A stretch of DNA of 62,922 bases, counting the filler, from Octopus bimaculoides (lineage: Eukaryota), in NCBI RefSeq assembly GCF_001194135.2. It is 7 parts of 7 records of this genome, joined end to end, with 100 filler letters (N's around TTAATTAATTAA, not from the genome) between each part and the next. Parts side by side here need not be neighbours in the genome. Positions count along the whole stretch, not along the records: positions 58,576 to 62,922 come from NC_068982.1; 6 more parts are not named here. One strand, 5' to 3'. Made by a program: the position numbers and the translations under genes. Under the pieces are notes generated by a model, which had not been told where the DNA came from, made no database searches, and saw only the letters and a list, made by a program, of their open reading frames with translations. Shown piece after piece: positions 62,834 to 62,922 of this stretch (position 1 is its first letter; each line of letters opens with the position of its first letter).

Positions 62834-62922
62834 CAGAGACAATGCCTGAATGGTTCACAAAAGGGAAAACCATCTTAATCCCCAAATCCACGGAAACGGA
62901 GAAATCCACAAAACTATAGACC
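62833..62922 (+). mobile_element. 5'-truncated R4/Dong-clade LINE RT fragment running off the window end
   Basis: 'MPEWFTKGKTILIPKSTET..' then, with a 1-nt shift, 'NYRP'. Matches PEW.T.G.T.LIPK...NYRPI.CL. Confidence 0.65.

Overview
This is a eukaryotic, AT-rich window dense in microsatellites and SINEs. The SINE, LINE and MITE repertoire suggests a coleoid cephalopod (Octopus-like) draft assembly; that is inference from pattern recognition, not a database match. Most long ORFs in the supplied track are artefacts of dinucleotide repeats or N-gaps. The recognisable content is: decayed LINE fragments (CR1/L2, RTE, L1/Tx1 endonuclease, R4/Dong, Penelope-like); three tRNA-headed SINE families; Tc1/mariner DNA transposons (a near full-length DD34E Tc1 with both TIRs, two DD37D/maT copies, a mariner end); two head-to-tail Helentron-type non-autonomous elements; a piggyBac-type MITE; and a 28-bp-TIR, 9-bp-TSD MITE carrying TTAGGG repeats. 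The most striking structure is a ~160-bp-period tandem array of tRNA-Ala(UGC)-derived genes at 56.5-57.2 kb, with an orphan copy at 58.2 kb. Each copy is damaged differently, but the consensus is a perfect cloverleaf. A foldback element lies just upstream, across an assembly join. No host gene could be named. The best candidates are a signal-peptide-like first coding exon on the minus strand at 43.1-43.2 kb, near a shift in CpG density, and a possible terminal exon at 11.5 kb. I found no CRISPR array and no prokaryotic system. All coordinates and alignments were made by eye.
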